A DNA stretch of 64,000 bases from a virus, in the IMG/VR virus record IMGVR_UViG_3300008952_000019, positions 27,449-91,448 of that record. The stretch is one strand, 5' to 3'. This document shows positions 49,901 through 57,983 of this stretch, piece after piece. A model generated the notes under the pieces. It saw nothing but the letters and a program-made list of their open reading frames with translations, searched no databases and had not been told where the DNA came from. How positions within the stretch are numbered: position 1 is the first letter of the stretch; the number at the start of each line of letters is the position of its first letter. Both the position numbers and the translations under genes were made by a program.

Positions 49901-52900
49901 AGTTCGTTTAAATTTAGCAAAACTTCCTTCACTACCTGAAGATAAAGCAGTTGTGCATTTTGCTTCTAATTCTACAGTAAAAGGCGAATTACCTTGATCT
50001 GCAACAGAATATGTATGAGTTGTTGTAGGTGTAGTAGTTGTAACAGTATTTCCATCACCAAAATTCCATATATACTGATTTGCATTATATTGACTTGTTG
50101 TTGTAAATGTAACGTCCAAAGGAGCATTACCTGTTAATGGTGTTGCAGTAAAATCTGCATGTCTTACATATGTTTCGTTTCTAACATTAAGCATTACTTC
50201 ATTTACTGCATCAAATGCCTCTGTTACAGTACCGGCAGTATCAAATCCTGACAACGGAGTACCTGAACTATATGTTTGATTTTTTTGTAAAAATGCACCA
50301 TCATGAAATGTAGTATCGGCCGGTGTTCCTAATGTAGATGTTGTACCTGTAGCACCTGTTGAACTTATCGTTATTTGGTCATCTCCACCTGTACTTTGAC
50401 TATTAACAATAGACACGTTATCGCCTGCAATAAATGTTAATGTATCTGCAGAGCTTGCCGCTACTAATTGAGCTCCACTTGAGCTACCTGTGCCTCCGGA
50501 ACTACTATTATCAGTCACAGTAATTTGTTGATATGCATTACCACCTTCAATATCAACATTTAATGTACCACCAATACTAGGATTTATTCTAGAATGATAG
50601 TATAATGTAACAGGAGCATCCATAGGAACATTAAACAATAAATCAAATGCAGTATTAGTATTACCAGAACCTACTGTACCTGAGGACGATACACCAGTTG
50701 TATATTCTCCTACTGCTGGTAAATTGCTAGGTATTTTAGATAATGTTTGTGAGGTTCCATCTCCTATTGCCTTATTAACTTGTAATGTAGTATTATCTGT
50801 TATTTGAGTAACTTTAGCTCTATCACCTCCTGAAAGAACCAAGTAATCACCTACCAAAATTTCAGTAGAAAATGCAGTTCCTGAACCAGAAACTGAAGTT
50901 GAATTATTAACAGAAGTTGTTCCTACCATTGGAGTTGTTGTAGGTCCTCCTGTTGCTGATGTAGAAATATATATTTGATTATCTACATTGCTTGTATCTT
51001 CTTGAATAAAATGATATAAAAATCCTTTGTATATTCTTATAGTTTGTTGAGAATTACCATTTAATGCTAACTTATCATTTACAACCGTAACCATTTGTGT
51101 TGGGCCTTGAGCTTGTACTCCGGAACCAAAAATAAATCTAGAAGTATTATTATTCCATACTAAATGTAACCCATCTTGCGATGAACCTGGATAACCTATG
51201 TTTACATCTTCTAAACCTCTTATATAACCATAACCTTGGCTTCCACCACTAGTTGAACCTGCATCCGAACTTAATATCCATGAACTAGTACCTGACGCCC
51301 AACGCAATATTTGTCCATCTATTGCTCCTGTTGTATTAACATCATATAGATCTCCCAAATTTGCTGCACCAATTCTAGCATCTGCACGAGCAGATGTAAA
51401 ATATAAATTATTATTTCCTTCTACTAAGTTATTTGTTGTTCTGTTTGCAAGATCAGTATCAAAATTATTAGTATCATAATGATCTATAAATTCAAAACTT
51501 GACGTACTATCATTATATGCTAATATTTTTGCATCGTCTGCAGAAGTAACAGACGCAACATCTGTTAAATCTGTAAGACCTGTTAGTGCAATTCTAGCAT
51601 CAACTAATGTATTACTATAATATTTGTTAGTTGATCCTTCTGTTAAATCATCTGTACTTTTGTTTCCAAAATCTGTAGTAAATAAAGTTGTACTATAATA
51701 TTTGTTTGTTGTACCTTCTGGCACATCATCTGTGTCACCACCCCAACCAATTACACCTGTTGTTGTGTTATAAATTATAGGATTAGATGCTGACATCTTT
51801 GTTCTAACATTTACATTAGAAGCATATTTGTTAGATGTTCCTTCAGATAAATTATCAGTTGTTTTAGCATTAAAATCAGTATTAAAACTAGTTGAGGTAT
51901 ATAAAACCGTATCACCTGCTAATGCCTGACCTGCACCAGTACCTATTGTTAATGCAGTATCTGTTCCTGCTTCCCAATAACCGGCAACATTCCATTTTAA
52001 TATTTGTCCAGCACTAGGAGTACTAGGTACCGAAACATCATTTAATTCGTTAAGTTTTTTGCTAGAAAATGCATTATTAAATCTTGTAGGAGTATAATAT
52101 AAATTTGTAGTTCCTTCAGATAAATCATCAGAATCTTTTGCATTAAAATCTGTGTTAAAATTTGTAGATGTGTATGCCGCCGGAACAGTAGACCAAACAA
52201 ATTTTGTATTTATATGATCGTATTTTAAAAATTTTCCATCATCTGTATTTGAGACAGTATTAACATCTCCTAATAAAGTAATCGATGCTGCCGCAATTCT
52301 TGCATCTGCTCTGCCAGGAGTAAAATATTGATTAGCACCTTCTGATAAATCATCAGTTGAAAATGGAATTAGAGAAACACTTGCTGTTAGTTTATTTTGT
52401 ATATCATCATATATAGTTTGAAAACCAGTCCCAGTCTGTATTAAAGTTGCAACTCTATCATCTACTCGTTCGTCAGTATAATATAAATTTGATCCTTCTT
52501 GTAAATCGCTTGTATCTTTTAAATTAAATCTTGCATCAAATGTTGCATTTGTAAAAGGATCCGATAACTTAAATGTACCATTAACATCTGTTTCTAATAC
52601 TTTTCCTTGGGAAGGCGTGCCTACAACAGAAACGTCTGATAAATCATTTAATTCTAATACGTAAGGTTTAAATGTATTCGAACTGTCATATTTTAAAACA
52701 GTTCCGTTTTGAAGGCCTGATGTTGTATTAACATCATTCAACTCATTTAATGTTAATGTAATATTTTCTACTTTAGTGCCATTATATTTTAAATATTCCG
52801 ATCCTCCGCTAGGTGTAACTAAAGTAACATCATCTAATTCTAATAATTTTTCTTTCGTACTTACCGAATTCCAAGCACCATTAATATATTGTTGTAATTT

Positions 52901-53056
52901 AGTTTTATCAGTATCGTATCGAAGTTGTCCTTCGATAGTTGAAGTTGCTTGGACCGTAGTACCAGAAGGTAGTATTAAGGCACCAGTAGTATTTAAAGTT
53001 AAAAGCTGACTGGTTGTAGATAATTTGTCACGTTGATGGTCTAAGTTTATGGCCAT
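46943..53056 (-). CDS. Giant PKD-domain virion structural protein
   Basis: 2037 aa; ADFTATPLTGNAPLDVTF...YIWNFGDG PKD motif; about 7-8 TDDL.EG.TN.YY repeats; FCCH-like insert; own late promoter and SD. Confidence 0.7.
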   Translation of the reverse strand: MAINLDHQRDKLSTTSQLLTLNTTGALILPSGTTVQATSTIEGQLRYDTDKTKLQQYINGAWNSVSTKEKLLELDDVTLVTPSGGSEYLKYNGTKVENITLTLNELNDVNTTSGLQNGTVLKYDSSNTFKPYVLELNDLSDVSVVGTPSQGKVLETDVNGTFKLSDPFTNATFDARFNLKDTSDLQEGSNLYYTDERVDDRVATLIQTGTGFQTIYDDIQNKLTASVSLIPFSTDDLSEGANQYFTPGRADARIAAASITLLGDVNTVSNTDDGKFLKYDHINTKFVWSTVPAAYTSTNFNTDFNAKDSDDLSEGTTNLYYTPTRFNNAFSSKKLNELNDVSVPSTPSAGQILKWNVAGYWEAGTDTALTIGTGAGQALAGDTVLYTSTSFNTDFNAKTTDNLSEGTSNKYASNVNVRTKMSASNPIIYNTTTGVIGWGGDTDDVPEGTTNKYYSTTLFTTDFGNKSTDDLTEGSTNKYYSNTLVDARIALTGLTDLTDVASVTSADDAKILAYNDSTSSFEFIDHYDTNNFDTDLANRTTNNLVEGNNNLYFTSARADARIGAANLGDLYDVNTTGAIDGQILRWASGTSSWILSSDAGSTSGGSQGYGYIRGLEDVNIGYPGSSQDGLHLVWNNNTSRFIFGSGVQAQGPTQMVTVVNDKLALNGNSQQTIRIYKGFLYHFIQEDTSNVDNQIYISTSATGGPTTTPMVGTTSVNNSTSVSGSGTAFSTEILVGDYLVLSGGDRAKVTQITDNTTLQVNKAIGDGTSQTLSKIPSNLPAVGEYTTGVSSSGTVGSGNTNTAFDLLFNVPMDAPVTLYYHSRINPSIGGTLNVDIEGGNAYQQITVTDNSSSGGTGSSSGAQLVAASSADTLTFIAGDNVSIVNSQSTGGDDQITISSTGATGTTSTLGTPADTTFHDGAFLQKNQTYSSGTPLSGFDTAGTVTEAFDAVNEVMLNVRNETYVRHADFTATPLTGNAPLDVTFTTTSQYNANQYIWNFGDGNTVTTTTPTTTHTYSVADQGNSPFTVELEAKCTTALSSGSEGSFAKFKRTDYVVVYAPTPIPSFYASDTTIDSGSSTRYYVQNTQYASTWMMDFGNGSVYPTGANATDPTGSSNTAWANISSVTYIDHTYTVSSDTRFTPILYVYGPAAGPTGQGEIVNQTRSNYMNVYVAPSLTFNSTTTTGTSDEASDNVVAGYDNKEGWRVVFTPTVPNMGTWGHASYEYDWGDIKTTVTGITLATAEVQNNVWVVLTPSTITVADGSIFSNGDQILFRDVAGTTQINGRKIYVGVSGNTLTLYNQSGLTSYYNNSTWSAYTSGGTATSSFYQITDYGSGSAGTPSQPVEHFYKHTTNTGVDETYTCKLSVDNGHTSAPVSDTITITVKADPRADFTGVTVNDSTGHSNYSSQQIGFEFIGYDANDYSLFTFANASVNANTYAWDLDGGTTTATTTNVTNHNYAAGTYTVELEASGPNSKTTGSVPGRASSFVDDTEIKTNYIEIKVAPTAPANMTGKTMSISSVGTSPKICSDTSNNTSTSLTAGADTVRVTNSTVQLGELSDYVNKIASNGTTTATLIANINGAGDGTIQLNATDQSNATNGSLTVTADVDANTLTVHQPTIPANFYKVIKAQIEKTSTPAGYNEFKITHSDGSESDTTNFVRDPVTDAPTIAGTWTVSQVSAGTLRTMSSIPFYQSSAIIKVNGITVSNFTGEAYRNNGEVKIEDVNYGNGISDDMFSQKTYSYTDVGLTNPPPKNVGVSSPHTLSDLNINMTGGSTLGTGYFRVFAQNCNGNGSKVNSTQPIHFWHDTPTLDETAIPNNMSSLGSAVSGAANGKRIDYSWPTNTDTPDYSSNASSDFYATYAWSSLSTVINRAEAVCYLNEIKHMLDDFSGYLPVGPNLSTGRSNSTQYFTFAFKRDAIAKFQIKLSGEVTSLFIAIPGYTTDSTSTLNGWLDCSTNFGGAGFPGADLNAGGNGSNGVRNLGGVTEQGTFAINTNANNQTCNVQLGTANTGSSTYKVVLVRFGIAVNKNVTALSIEDY
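51350..52520 (-). repeat. Dispersed TDDL.EG..N.Y(Y/F) coding repeats
   Basis: TSDLQEGSNLYY, TDDLSEGANQYF, SDDLSEGTTNLYY, TDNLSEGTSNKYA, TDDVPEGTTNKYY, TDDLTEGSTNKYY, TNNLVEGNNNLYF. Confidence 0.8.
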
Positions 53057-53083
53057 TCATAAATTCCTTAAGGCTAACTTAGA

Positions 53084-53090
53084 TATTTAT
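53084..53090 (-). promoter_or_regulatory. T4-like late promoter (ATAAATA)
   Basis: Directly downstream of a terminator and 27 nt upstream of the ATG at 53056, with an AAGGA SD in between. Confidence 0.65.
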
Positions 53091-53092
53091 CT

Positions 53093-53127
53093 GAAAAAAG
53101 GTAATGGGGCAAAGAAATGCCCCATTA
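53093..53127 (-). terminator. Rho-independent terminator
   Basis: Minus strand TAATGGGGCA-TTTCTT-TGCCCCATTA followed by CCTTTTTT, just after the stop at 53132. Confidence 0.8.
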
Positions 53128-53131
53128 AATA

Positions 53132-53623
53132 TTAGTCTGTTTTAAATTCAGCACCGGAATTAGCAATTTCAAGTTCTTCTAATTGAACTGTTTTAATTGA
53201 CCCAGGATCTGAACCTGCAGCAGCTGCCGCGGCACTAAATCCCCACATAGCTCGTACATTTGTTGTAGAACTATCGGCTTGGTAAATTAATGTTCTATTC
53301 ATGAGCTTCATAACTCTGTGAATTTCATTTTGATCATCTTTACAGTTCATAATCATTTCATCTGCAGCTAATGCTGGATTAGTGTCTTGATTACCTGCTC
53401 TTTCAGGTTTATTAACCAATGTACAAATACCAGTATTTCCAGCAGTATCTCTAACATAAAATTTGTTAGAACCTTTTTGCTCTAAAATTGTATATTCTGC
53501 GGCGGCGTTTGAACCAATTTTACAAACACCAAATATTTTTTCGTTACCTGCGGCATTTCCTGATAATGTTGCATTAGCAGTACCTTCGAGGTTAAGCCAT
53601 CTTCGATTTACGGGTCGTCCCAT
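53132..53623 (-). CDS. Virion protein downstream of the capsid gene (about 163 aa), possible head decoration
   Basis: Start reassigned to MGRPVNRR at 53623 on the basis of the AAGGAG SD; has its own promoter and terminator. Confidence 0.7.
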   Translation of the reverse strand: MGRPVNRRWLNLEGTANATLSGNAAGNEKIFGVCKIGSNAAAEYTILEQKGSNKFYVRDTAGNTGICTLVNKPERAGNQDTNPALAADEMIMNCKDDQNEIHRVMKLMNRTLIYQADSSTTNVRAMWGFSAAAAAAGSDPGSIKTVQLEELEIANSGAEFKTD

Positions 53624-53689
53624 AATAACTCCTTTTTGACGTTCTAGGTCATCTTCCCTGTGAAGGGCGAACTCATTTCTGAGCAATAA

Positions 53690-53696
53690 TATTTAT
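53690..53696 (-). promoter_or_regulatory. T4-like late promoter (ATAAATA) preceding a structured leader
   Basis: Immediately after the capsid-gene terminator, 66 nt upstream of the ATG at 53623. Confidence 0.65.
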
Positions 53697-53699
53697 CAT

Positions 53700-53731
53700 A
53701 AAAAAAGGGTATATCCGAAGATATACCCTTT
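53700..53731 (-). terminator. Rho-independent terminator of the major capsid gene with C(UUCG)G tetraloop
   Basis: Minus strand AAAGGGTATATC-TTCG-GATATACCCTTTTTTT. Confidence 0.92.
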
Positions 53732-53752
53732 AAACCATATAATAGTTAACTA

Positions 53753-54928
53753 TTACTGGAACTTCATATTGTCGTCATTGACACCAATATTTGCAACATA
53801 ATCAGCAGCGTTACCTAAGGACGATGCTTGGTTTGTTAACTCAACATAACCATAGCGTGTCATAAAGGAAACGACTGGTTCAAATGTGCTTGGGTCTAAC
53901 ACAACACCGGAACTCATTAACGGAATGTATGGGCAATAAAAAGATGCGGCATCCATTTCGCCTGGGCCTTTGTAACCAACAATGACATTAGAATCATCTG
54001 CTGCATATTGGTTAACATAAACTCTCATTGAGCTATTTAAAGTTCCAACGAACTTTGTGTTTGTCGGTGCTTCAAAAGTACCTTCAGTTGTTCTTGCGAA
54101 AGCCGAAGTTGTTGCACTTTGAAGTACTGTTAATACAAACGGGCTAACTACACACCAGTTACCTGCGCCTCGACGTGTGCGAGATGCGATAATATTTGCG
54201 GCTCTATTAATAAGAACTGCAAGTGCGGCATGTTCGTCACCAACAAAAGTTGCTGTACCTGAAACTGCGGCTTGGTTATATGTATCAATAGCAGTTCCTG
54301 CCAATGTACCCAAAGAACCAAGGATTTCTTGATCAATTTCAGTTGTAATTTCTTGTGCTAAAGCAGCCATTACTTCTGCTTCAACGTCAATACCATGCTG
54401 GCTTTGGGCATCCTGAGATGCTTCAAAAGTCCAACGAGCGGACAGTCTGCGAGTCTTCGCTTCAACTGTTTGCTTCAAGATTTGGATTGACATTTTGTTA
54501 CCAGGAATACCTTCCATTGTACCTGTTGGGCTAGGAGCCGAACCTGTACCTGATGCTGGCATACCTGAATATGTTGAAGCAATCTTAAATGGACTAAGTG
54601 CTTCTTCGCCTGCTGTTGCAGCGTTTCCTGTGTCAGCATAGCGAACACGTAATGTATGAATTTGTCCTACTGGACCTGTCATAGGTTGAACACCAATGAG
54701 CTCATTAGCGATAACAGTTGGCATAACCCTTCGTATTACAGGAAGGATTACCTTATTTAAAGTTGCTACGTTACCTGCATTAGTTGCACCGGCAGTTGAT
54801 GTTTCCATCAGTGCTTGTCGTGTGTTTTCTAATGTGGTTTCCATAACCGTTCTTTTGTTGCCTTCTAGTCCTTCGCACAGAGCGTCCTTAGTTGGTTGCC
54901 AGTTGGACTCAAAAAGTGCGTCTGCCAT
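53753..54928 (-). CDS. gp23: Major capsid protein (T4 gp23-like, short form)
   Basis: PVIRRVMPTVIANELIGVQPMTGPVGQIHTLR, VEAKTRRLSARWTFEASQD, FYCPYIPL, FMTRYG; GGAG SD. Confidence 0.95.
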   Translation of the reverse strand: MADALFESNWQPTKDALCEGLEGNKRTVMETTLENTRQALMETSTAGATNAGNVATLNKVILPVIRRVMPTVIANELIGVQPMTGPVGQIHTLRVRYADTGNAATAGEEALSPFKIASTYSGMPASGTGSAPSPTGTMEGIPGNKMSIQILKQTVEAKTRRLSARWTFEASQDAQSQHGIDVEAEVMAALAQEITTEIDQEILGSLGTLAGTAIDTYNQAAVSGTATFVGDEHAALAVLINRAANIIASRTRRGAGNWCVVSPFVLTVLQSATTSAFARTTEGTFEAPTNTKFVGTLNSSMRVYVNQYAADDSNVIVGYKGPGEMDAASFYCPYIPLMSSGVVLDPSTFEPVVSFMTRYGYVELTNQASSLGNAADYVANIGVNDDNMKFQ

Positions 54929-54945
54929 AATTAATTCTCCTTAAA

Positions 54946-56082
54946 TTATATTCCTGCTAGTTTTTTAAGGTTAATAATTTCAGCACCTACATCCGTTGTT
55001 GTCGGATCCACGTGGACTGGTTTATTACCTGTTATCACAGTTTTCTGTGTTCTAGCTTTTGGCTCTACGTTCTCATTTAATGTCTTTTTAGAAGCGGTAC
55101 TTTTTGCTTGTTTTTTAACATTTTCATTAAGAACAGTTGGTAAATACTTCTCATATTGCTTTTTAAGATTGTCAGTTTGCACTGATTCTAACAAATCTTG
55201 CATAATCTCTTTCTTATCCTTAGAAAGAGGGTCAAGCAATTCTGATAAAATTTTATCTCGCTTTGCAGAAGATTCTGCTATACGAGCTTTCTTTTGTGCC
55301 TCAGAAATTTCAACTTGTTTTGACGTAATTTGTACTTGCGCCTCTTCAAGTGATCCTTCTAAATCTTTAATTTTTCCGGACAGTTTTTTAACTTCTGTCC
55401 CTTCAGCTAAATGACTTGTCATAAACTCTGCCGCAAATGCTTCAAACATTTTTCTTCCAAAAGCATTTTCTCGGGCCGATTTGATATCCTCTTTCAAGGA
55501 ACCAATTTCTCCTCTGAGCGTACTTTCAACAATGCTTTCTACTTTTTCAGCTGCTTTTCTAACAAAATTAGCTTTTGTGTTACGTAAAAGTTGCTTTCCT
55601 TCTTTAACGAGCTTAACCTTCTGTTCTACAACAGCTTGTTTATCGCTATGAAATTCGTTCAACTCTTTTGTTAACTGTTTCAAGACAAAACCTTCTAATT
55701 TTTTAAAGTTCGTGCCTTGGGTGTTTCGATCTTCTCGAAGTTCAGTTATTTCCTTCTTAAGGGCATTCATTAAGAACTTATCCAATACTTCTGCGTGTTC
55801 TTGCATTTTTTGTTTGTATTGAACTCGTGCCTCAACTAATGCACCTTTATCGTGGGCAAATTCTTCAACCTCTTGCTTAATAGCATCAGTTAACATGTTG
55901 TCCATTGCTTCTACAATCTGCTCTTTATCGTTATTGTAACGACCAGCAAATTCGTCGCGGACTTCATTAGTAATCTGCTCACGGGCTTCGGTTAATTTCT
56001 TTTCCCAAGCCTCTGTTAACGAAGTTTTAACATCTTCCGACAGGACGTCTCCACCTAATAGTTCTTCAAAAGCGTCTGCCAT
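54946..56082 (-). CDS. gp22: Prohead core scaffold protein (T4 gp22-like)
   Basis: 378-aa charged coiled coil between protease and capsid genes; FGRKMFEAFAAEF; ends LKKLAGI. Confidence 0.85.
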   Translation of the reverse strand: MADAFEELLGGDVLSEDVKTSLTEAWEKKLTEAREQITNEVRDEFAGRYNNDKEQIVEAMDNMLTDAIKQEVEEFAHDKGALVEARVQYKQKMQEHAEVLDKFLMNALKKEITELREDRNTQGTNFKKLEGFVLKQLTKELNEFHSDKQAVVEQKVKLVKEGKQLLRNTKANFVRKAAEKVESIVESTLRGEIGSLKEDIKSARENAFGRKMFEAFAAEFMTSHLAEGTEVKKLSGKIKDLEGSLEEAQVQITSKQVEISEAQKKARIAESSAKRDKILSELLDPLSKDKKEIMQDLLESVQTDNLKKQYEKYLPTVLNENVKKQAKSTASKKTLNENVEPKARTQKTVITGNKPVHVDPTTTDVGAEIINLKKLAGI

Positions 56083-56093
56083 ATTAAATTCTC

Positions 56094-56723
56094 CTAAATT
56101 TTAAGATCACTAATAAAATTAGTAATCCCTTTAGTAAGGTGCTTTTGTGCCTTTTTATCGTGCCTAACTGCTTCAGCTAATTCCAACAATGATCCACCTT
56201 TTTTGTAATTTTCCAGCTTCTCGTAAATTGGATCCGGGTAAGCGTTAGGGGCACTCGGTTGTGCAACAATATCAACTGTCACAATTTCAAAATCGGAGAC
56301 CTTTCCACCTTCACTTACATTTCCGGATCCCCTTGAACTAACACCTAGTTTAACACCACTTTCTAATAGTGTTTTAACTAAGTTACCCATAGGCGTTGGT
56401 AAAATTTTAAGTTTTCCGACTCCATCGGCTCCATGCATATCCATTTCTGTTATTACATGAGAAACACGATCTAAGTTTACTGTTAGATCTTCTGGATGGT
56501 CGGCTTCTCCTAATACCGAAAACCCTGAGTTAATTTTTTCTGATAATGATTTAACTGCTTTGTTAATTTCATTAATTGGGTAAACCCGTTGATTTTGGTT
56601 CTTAACATCACCTTGAATGAAAACACCTCTCATAAAGAGATTTTTCATTCCATTATCATCAACAGATTCTACTTGTATATTAGCTTGGTCAAAACTTAGT
56701 TTTTCTACTAATGTTACACCCAT
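56094..56723 (-). CDS. gp21: Prohead protease (T4 gp21-like)
   Basis: GVFIQGDVKNQNQRVYP, LGEADHP, RVSHVI, LGVSSRGSG, DIVAQPSAPNA. Confidence 0.95.
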   Translation of the reverse strand: MGVTLVEKLSFDQANIQVESVDDNGMKNLFMRGVFIQGDVKNQNQRVYPINEINKAVKSLSEKINSGFSVLGEADHPEDLTVNLDRVSHVITEMDMHGADGVGKLKILPTPMGNLVKTLLESGVKLGVSSRGSGNVSEGGKVSDFEIVTVDIVAQPSAPNAYPDPIYEKLENYKKGGSLLELAEAVRHDKKAQKHLTKGITNFISDLKI

Positions 56724-56733
56724 TTATTTTTCC

Positions 56734-57621
56734 TTATGCATGGCTCGATGCTACAGGTGATTTTTTATTAGCCGCGGCATCACTGTTGCTTGGATCAGAA
56801 ACATTTGAAGGTCCTGATTTCGCTGCTTTTCCACCTGGTACGTTTACATTACCGTGATTGTCTTCTTTAACTGATTGATCTCCATCACTACCGTCTGATC
56901 CATCATTAATCTTTACCGCAGTTCCGCCCATATCATTTTTACCTGCTACGGGAGACTTTTTACCTACTGCGCCTGCAGATCCAGAAGCACCAACCATACC
57001 GGTTTCGCTCATGCTTGGCTCTGGTACATTAACTGCGCCTTCGCCGATTTCTTCGTAGTCGAGTTCTTCTTCTACTGGTTCTTTATCGTTACCGCCCATC
57101 ATTAATGGATCTTCTTCTTCTGCGTCTACCATATCGGACATGTCGTCTGCTGGCATTTCATCGCCCATTTCATCATCCATAGGCTCTTCATCACCCATTA
57201 ATTTAGCAAATTCTGCTTTGAGCTCATCTAAAGCATCTTCTACATTCATGAAAGCATCATCAACAGGATCTTCACCTTCTTCGTCACCCATCATTTCGTC
57301 ATCCATAGGCATTTCGTCGGCCAAAGGATCTTCTTCTGATACTTCTTCTTGATCTATCATTTCGCTGTCGGTTTCGACTTCGTCTGCAAATTGATCTTGA
57401 ATGTCTGCTTCGTCTACTTGTTCTTTATCGTCGTCATCGGCTTTTGCCTCTTCGACGTCTTCTTCTGTTGCTTCCTCGATCTCTTCATCTTCGGTTGCAA
57501 TCTCTTCGTAAATGCCACGAGCCTTTTCCACAAATACATCATGAAGGAGGTCGCTGGCCTTTTCATTTTCCTCGTTTATGATAAATTCGAGGACTTTTTC
57601 GAGTTTTTCTCGCGTGGACAT
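56734..57621 (-). CDS. Highly acidic prohead core protein (gp67/gp68-like position)
   Basis: 295 aa, very D/E-rich, many (I/V/L)-x-E protease-type sites; lies between portal and protease. Confidence 0.7.
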   Translation of the reverse strand: MSTREKLEKVLEFIINEENEKASDLLHDVFVEKARGIYEEIATEDEEIEEATEEDVEEAKADDDDKEQVDEADIQDQFADEVETDSEMIDQEEVSEEDPLADEMPMDDEMMGDEEGEDPVDDAFMNVEDALDELKAEFAKLMGDEEPMDDEMGDEMPADDMSDMVDAEEEDPLMMGGNDKEPVEEELDYEEIGEGAVNVPEPSMSETGMVGASGSAGAVGKKSPVAGKNDMGGTAVKINDGSDGSDGDQSVKEDNHGNVNVPGGKAAKSGPSNVSDPSNSDAAANKKSPVASSHA

Positions 57622-57658
57622 ATAATTACTCCTAAAGAAAGCGTTTTGAAACTATTAA

Positions 57659-57664
57659 TATTTA
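57659..57664 (-). promoter_or_regulatory. Late promoter variant (TAAATA)
   Basis: GTAAATATTAAT in the 101-nt gap upstream of the AGGAG SD of the core gene. Confidence 0.5.
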
Positions 57665-57722
57665 CAATTTGAGAGAGAAATATGCCGAAATAAGGTCTAA
57701 AAAACACCTTTTTAGAAAAAAC

Positions 57723-57983
57723 TTACATAGTTGGAGGTGGTGCTGGTGGGATTCCGTAAATATCTTTAAAGAATTTGTATCGTTTATCAAGATCTATCTT
57801 CTTTAATTTACGCATTTTTTTCAATTTATTTAAATGTGTAAGAGTCAGTCTAGGTCGTCTACTATCATCATATTCATAGTTAGATTGATCATCTATTTCT
57901 TCATATTGTGTACCTACATTATCGGGTATTGGTGCTTCAGATAGTTGCCTAAATTCTTTCATCATCTCTACATAATTTTTCAT
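57723..57983 (-). CDS. Small basic head-region protein
   Basis: 86 aa; SRRPRLTLTHLNKLKKMR; TAATG-coupled to the portal gene. Confidence 0.7.
   Translation of the reverse strand: MKNYVEMMKEFRQLSEAPIPDNVGTQYEEIDDQSNYEYDDSRRPRLTLTHLNKLKKMRKLKKIDLDKRYKFFKDIYGIPPAPPPTM

Noticed and set aside
53624-53686. 21-aa N-terminal extension of the listed 184-aa ORF (and similar extensions at 62281-62349, 27875-27907, 14763-14786, 7399-7413)
   Set aside because: Downstream ATGs have an SD, a promoter or stop-start coupling; the extensions overlap leaders or neighbouring genes
57696-57716. Inverted repeat tctaaaaa-acacc-tttttaga after the 86-aa gene as a terminator
   Set aside because: Stem is almost all A/T and has no U-tract on the minus strand; too weak to call
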